Below the pieces are notes generated by a model. The model saw only the letters and a list, made by a program, of their open reading frames with translations, was not told the origin of the DNA and did not search any database. A program made the position numbers and the translations under genes. A DNA stretch of 58,764 nucleotides from Candidatus Saccharimonadales bacterium (lineage in GTDB: Bacteria > Patescibacteriota > Saccharimonadia > QS-5-54-17), in the NCBI GenBank assembly GCA_040876925.1, contig JBBDOS010000009.1:1-58764 (forward strand), in the 5' to 3' direction. This document shows, one piece after another, positions 54,767 through 58,764 of this stretch (positions within the stretch are counted from its first letter, which is position 1; each line of letters opens with the position of its first letter).

Positions 54767-57250
54767 ATGGCTAAAGAAGAAAGCATAATACCAGAAGAAA
54801 CACTAGACAACAGGGGAGAAGTTCATGAACGTAACCTAGTTGACGAGATGGAAAAGAGTTACTTAGAGTACTCAATGAGCGTTATAGTAGCTAGAGCTCT
54901 CCCGGATGTTAGAGATGGGCTAAAACCTGTACATCGTCGCATCTTATATACTATGGGAGAAGAAGGCCTGCGTCATAATGTTAAATATAGAAAGAGTGCT
55001 AGTACAGTTGGTACAGTTATGTCCCGTTATCATCCTCATGGTGATTCAGCAATATATGACTCATTAGCTCGTATGGCCCAAAGCTGGTCTATGAGATATC
55101 CGTTAGTTGATGGACAGGGTAACTTTGGATCTATGGACGGCGATTCACCAGCAGCTATGCGCTACACTGAAGCCAAAATGACTGCTTTAGCAGAAGATAT
55201 GTTAGCAGATATAGATAAAGATACAGTAGATTTTAGACCTAACTTTGATGGATCTAATTTAGAGCCCTCCGTACTACCTGCAAAGCTTCCAAATCTATTG
55301 CTTAACGGTCAAATGGGTATAGCTGTTGGTATGGCTACAAACATACCACCCCATAATCTAGGAGAGGTAATAGACGCTCTTGTTTATATGATAGATAACG
55401 GTGATGTAACTACAGATGAACTTCTAGAATTTATTAAAGGACCAGATTTTCCTACAGGAGGCGTTATATACGGTAAAGAGTCAATTAGACATGCTTACGG
55501 AACTGGTAGAGGCGGAGTTACATTGCGGGCAGTGGCTGAAATAATTGAGCACAAAAAAGGTCACCAAATTTTAATTAGCGAAATACCATATGGTCAAAAT
55601 AAAGCTAATCTAATAGAAAAAATTGCCGAATTAGTAAAAGACAAAAAGATTAATGGTATAGCAGACTTAAGGGATGAAAGCTCAAGAGGTACTGTTAGGG
55701 TAGTTATTGATCTTAAAAAAGATGCTTATCCAAATAAAATTCTTAATCAGTTATACAAATTTACAGCTATGCAAACTAAGTTCCATCTTAATATGTTGGC
55801 GTTAGTTGATGGCATTCAACCTAAAGTATTAAACCTAGAGTCTATATTATCTGAATATCTAAAACATCGACAAATTGTAATAAAACGTCGCAGTGAGTTT
55901 GAGCTAAGAAAAGCTCAAGATAGAGAGCATGTACTCGAAGGGCTAAAGTTGGCTCTAGATGACATAGATGAGGTCATAAAGACTATTAGGGCTTCTCAGA
56001 GTAGTGATACTGCTAGAACTAACTTAATGAAGAACTTTAAGTTAACAGAGATTCAAGCAAATGCCATCTTGTCAATGCAGCTTCGTACTTTGGCTGGCTT
56101 GGAGCGTAAAAAAGTTGAAGACGAACTCAAGGAAGTTAGAGCTAGGATCAAAGAGTTAGAAAAAATACTTTCTAGTAAAAAAGAAATACTTAAAGTAGTC
56201 AAAGAAGAACTCCTAGATGTTAGAAGTAAATACGGGGACGATAGAAGAACAAGGATAGTTGACCAAGAGTTGGGCAAGTTTTCAGACGAAGAGCTAATAC
56301 CTAATGAACAAGTCGTCGTGACAATTACTAAAGGTAATTATATAAAGAGAACCACAGTAGATACTTATAGAAGTCAGGGTAGAGGGGGCAAGGGTGTAGT
56401 TGGTATGGGTACTAAAGAAGAAGATGTTATAGCTCATATGCTTTTTGCTAACTCACATGATTACATTTTATTCTTCACAACCATGGGTCGTGTATTTAGA
56501 ACCAAAGCATATGATATACCGGTATCTTCTAGAACGGCTAAAGGTCAAGCTATTGTTAACCTATTACAGCTACATCCAGAGGAGGAGATTAGTGCTATCA
56601 TCAAGTTGCCAAAAGATGGAACTGCTCAAAATACCTACTTACTTATGGCTACTAAGTCAGGTATTGTTAAAAAGACATCACTAGAACTGTTTTCTAATAT
56701 TAGAACTAACGGAATTATAGCTATTAAACTAGATAAAAACGATATACTGCAGTGGGTTAGAGTTACTGAAGGAAACGATCAAATTTTGATTTCAACTGCT
56801 AAGGGTCAGGGTTTAAGATTTCAGGAAACAGACGTGCGCCCTATGGGTAGAGGTGCTAGAGGTGTTAGGGGTATTCGTCTTCGCGAAGGTGATACTGTAG
56901 TTGGCTTTGACGTGGTTGATGATAATGCTCAAGTACTAGTAGTTCATAGCAATGGCTATGGTAAGCGGACAAAGGTTAAGTTGTTTGCAGTTCATAAAAG
57001 AGGTGGGTTAGGAGTCAAGGCTGGTGTAATAAGCAAGAAAACAGGAGCGGTAGTTAATGTTGTTAGGGTGGATCCTGGCAAAGATGAAATACTTTTAATT
57101 TCTAAAAAAGGAAATATTATTAGACTAAAGGCTAGTGAGATATCTATAATTGGTAGGGTTACTCAGGGTGTAAGAATTATGCGACTCAATAAAAACGATA
57201 ACATTGTTTCAGTAGCTCTTATATCTGAGGCGGCAGCGGAGCAGGAGTAA
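54767..57250 (+). CDS. gyrA: DNA gyrase subunit A
   Basis: RALPDVRDGLKPVHRR, YHPHGDSAIYD, AAMRYTE, GyrA box QGRGGKG. Confidence 0.98.
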   Translation: MAKEESIIPEETLDNRGEVHERNLVDEMEKSYLEYSMSVIVARALPDVRDGLKPVHRRILYTMGEEGLRHNVKYRKSASTVGTVMSRYHPHGDSAIYDSLARMAQSWSMRYPLVDGQGNFGSMDGDSPAAMRYTEAKMTALAEDMLADIDKDTVDFRPNFDGSNLEPSVLPAKLPNLLLNGQMGIAVGMATNIPPHNLGEVIDALVYMIDNGDVTTDELLEFIKGPDFPTGGVIYGKESIRHAYGTGRGGVTLRAVAEIIEHKKGHQILISEIPYGQNKANLIEKIAELVKDKKINGIADLRDESSRGTVRVVIDLKKDAYPNKILNQLYKFTAMQTKFHLNMLALVDGIQPKVLNLESILSEYLKHRQIVIKRRSEFELRKAQDREHVLEGLKLALDDIDEVIKTIRASQSSDTARTNLMKNFKLTEIQANAILSMQLRTLAGLERKKVEDELKEVRARIKELEKILSSKKEILKVVKEELLDVRSKYGDDRRTRIVDQELGKFSDEELIPNEQVVVTITKGNYIKRTTVDTYRSQGRGGKGVVGMGTKEEDVIAHMLFANSHDYILFFTTMGRVFRTKAYDIPVSSRTAKGQAIVNLLQLHPEEEISAIIKLPKDGTAQNTYLLMATKSGIVKKTSLELFSNIRTNGIIAIKLDKNDILQWVRVTEGNDQILISTAKGQGLRFQETDVRPMGRGARGVRGIRLREGDTVVGFDVVDDNAQVLVVHSNGYGKRTKVKLFAVHKRGGLGVKAGVISKKTGAVVNVVRVDPGKDEILLISKKGNIIRLKASEISIIGRVTQGVRIMRLNKNDNIVSVALISEAAAEQE

Positions 57251-58092
57251 TGCAGCTAATAATAATATCTTTTATAGCTTGGTTTAGTGCTCAAATAATC
57301 AAGTTTAGCTTAAGGGCCTATAATGGCGACCCAAACTTTAGGGTTTTTTATCAATCTGGAGGAATGCCAAGTGCTCATACAGCAACAATAGTAGCGCTGA
57401 GTTTTTCAACTCTGGCTATATATGGTTACGATAGTCCTATATTTGGCTTATCAGCTGTGTTCTCGGCGGTAATAATATATGACACCTTAGGTGTTAGGCG
57501 CTCTAGCGGGGAACAGTCTGTAATGTTAAATAATCTAATACGGGCCTCCGGTAAAAAAGAAACAGTTAGAGAGGTTGTAGGGCACTCTCCTAGAGAGGTA
57601 GCTGCGGGTTTTATATTGGGCTCTCTAGTGTCTATTTTGGCAACTATCTCAGAATGGTCAGCTAATGCTGGATGGCTAACTCAATCACCCATAGGTATAG
57701 AGCAAAGTGTATATCTCTACATATTCATAGCTATTTTGCTTCTTGGTTTGGTATCCAAAGTAATACTAAGCAGGTATAGATTAGTGGAGGTTATTTATAG
57801 GCTTAGATCTGCTATTTGGTGGTCTTTTATATTGCCCGCTCTATTTGGTCTGTTTTTCTCGTTATTACAAACTCAAACTACCGGGCTGGGCTCTTACAGG
57901 TTTTGGTCTCTACTAATATTATTGGTTTTTATTGTATCTCAAGTATATCTATTTATACGTCTTTATCGCACAATCCCCAGCCAGTACAAGCAACAATCAA
58001 ATGAATTAAAGATACTGAGAAGAAGCCAGAGAAGAATACAAAAGACTATTAAAAAGAAAAAAAGAAAAAAACAAAGATACAAGAGGAAATAA
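57250..58092 (+). CDS. Divergent PAP2 (DUF212) protein with extra C-terminal TM region and basic tail
   Basis: AQIIKF, GGMPSAHTA, YDTLGVRRSSGEQS..LN, GHSPREV; then 3 more TM segments and a K/R-rich tail. Confidence 0.8.
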   Translation: MQLIIISFIAWFSAQIIKFSLRAYNGDPNFRVFYQSGGMPSAHTATIVALSFSTLAIYGYDSPIFGLSAVFSAVIIYDTLGVRRSSGEQSVMLNNLIRASGKKETVREVVGHSPREVAAGFILGSLVSILATISEWSANAGWLTQSPIGIEQSVYLYIFIAILLLGLVSKVILSRYRLVEVIYRLRSAIWWSFILPALFGLFFSLLQTQTTGLGSYRFWSLLILLVFIVSQVYLFIRLYRTIPSQYKQQSNELKILRRSQRRIQKTIKKKKRKKQRYKRK

Positions 58093-58112
58093 GTTCATTA
58101 TCGAAATAACTG

Positions 58113-58142
58113 TTGACACTGCTAGTAGTTTTAGATTAGTAT
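58113..58142 (+). promoter_or_regulatory. rRNA operon promoter
   Basis: TTGACA (58113-18), N18, TAGTAT (58137-42); boxA-like GTACTTTGATAA at 58220-31. Confidence 0.6.
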
Positions 58143-58345
58143 AACTCTTGCACAACTTAGCAGGTGGCTAATTACTATAAGTGACTTAACTATAGTAGAG
58201 CTCCTATTTAAGAAGTGAGGTACTTTGATAATTTGGACTGTGCAGTGTAACCGTAATTAAACTACTTTTAAGTAGTGGATACACGTTTTTTGCACATTGT
58301 ACGTTAAAACAATGTCAGTCAAAATTTTGAGCAATCAAATTCAAT

Positions 58346-58764
<419 letters not shown>

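Overview
A 58.8 kb low-GC core-chromosome window from a Patescibacteria (CPR) bacterium, most likely Saccharibacteria-related. This is inferred from the monoderm-type type IV pilus cluster with no PilQ in the window, the MurT/GatD pair, the TGS-less ThrRS, CPR-type hypothetical families and 16S features. Contents: a complete type IV pilus locus with a large putative adhesin and two PilM paralogues; a Xer recombinase; housekeeping genes (uppP, ndk, rplY, nrdR, thrS, miaA, rpmB, RNase HI, infC-rpmI-rplT, smpB, rmuC, pheST, gyrBA); 5 tRNAs, RNase P RNA, tmRNA, a probable 6S RNA, a cobalamin riboswitch and the 5' end of a 16S rRNA. The most unusual observations are: (1) an NlpC/P60 Cys-peptidase-like domain with a Cys/His dyad inserted inside the B5 domain of PheT; (2) a cobalamin riboswitch with a readable terminator/antiterminator over a DUF4430 + DUF6580 gene pair; (3) several unannotated promoter-to-terminator RNA units, including a ~400 nt multi-helix RNA upstream of pheST, three of which share an A-rich AAAAC-AAAAA motif; (4) a 125-nt AT-rich hairpin in 16S helix 6; (5) a long, non-canonical tmRNA tag; (6) a 52-aa small ORF missed by the ORF track; (7) apparently widespread leaderless genes. 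No CRISPR array or intact mobile element was seen. All family assignments come from motif recognition by eye; no searches or folding programs were run.
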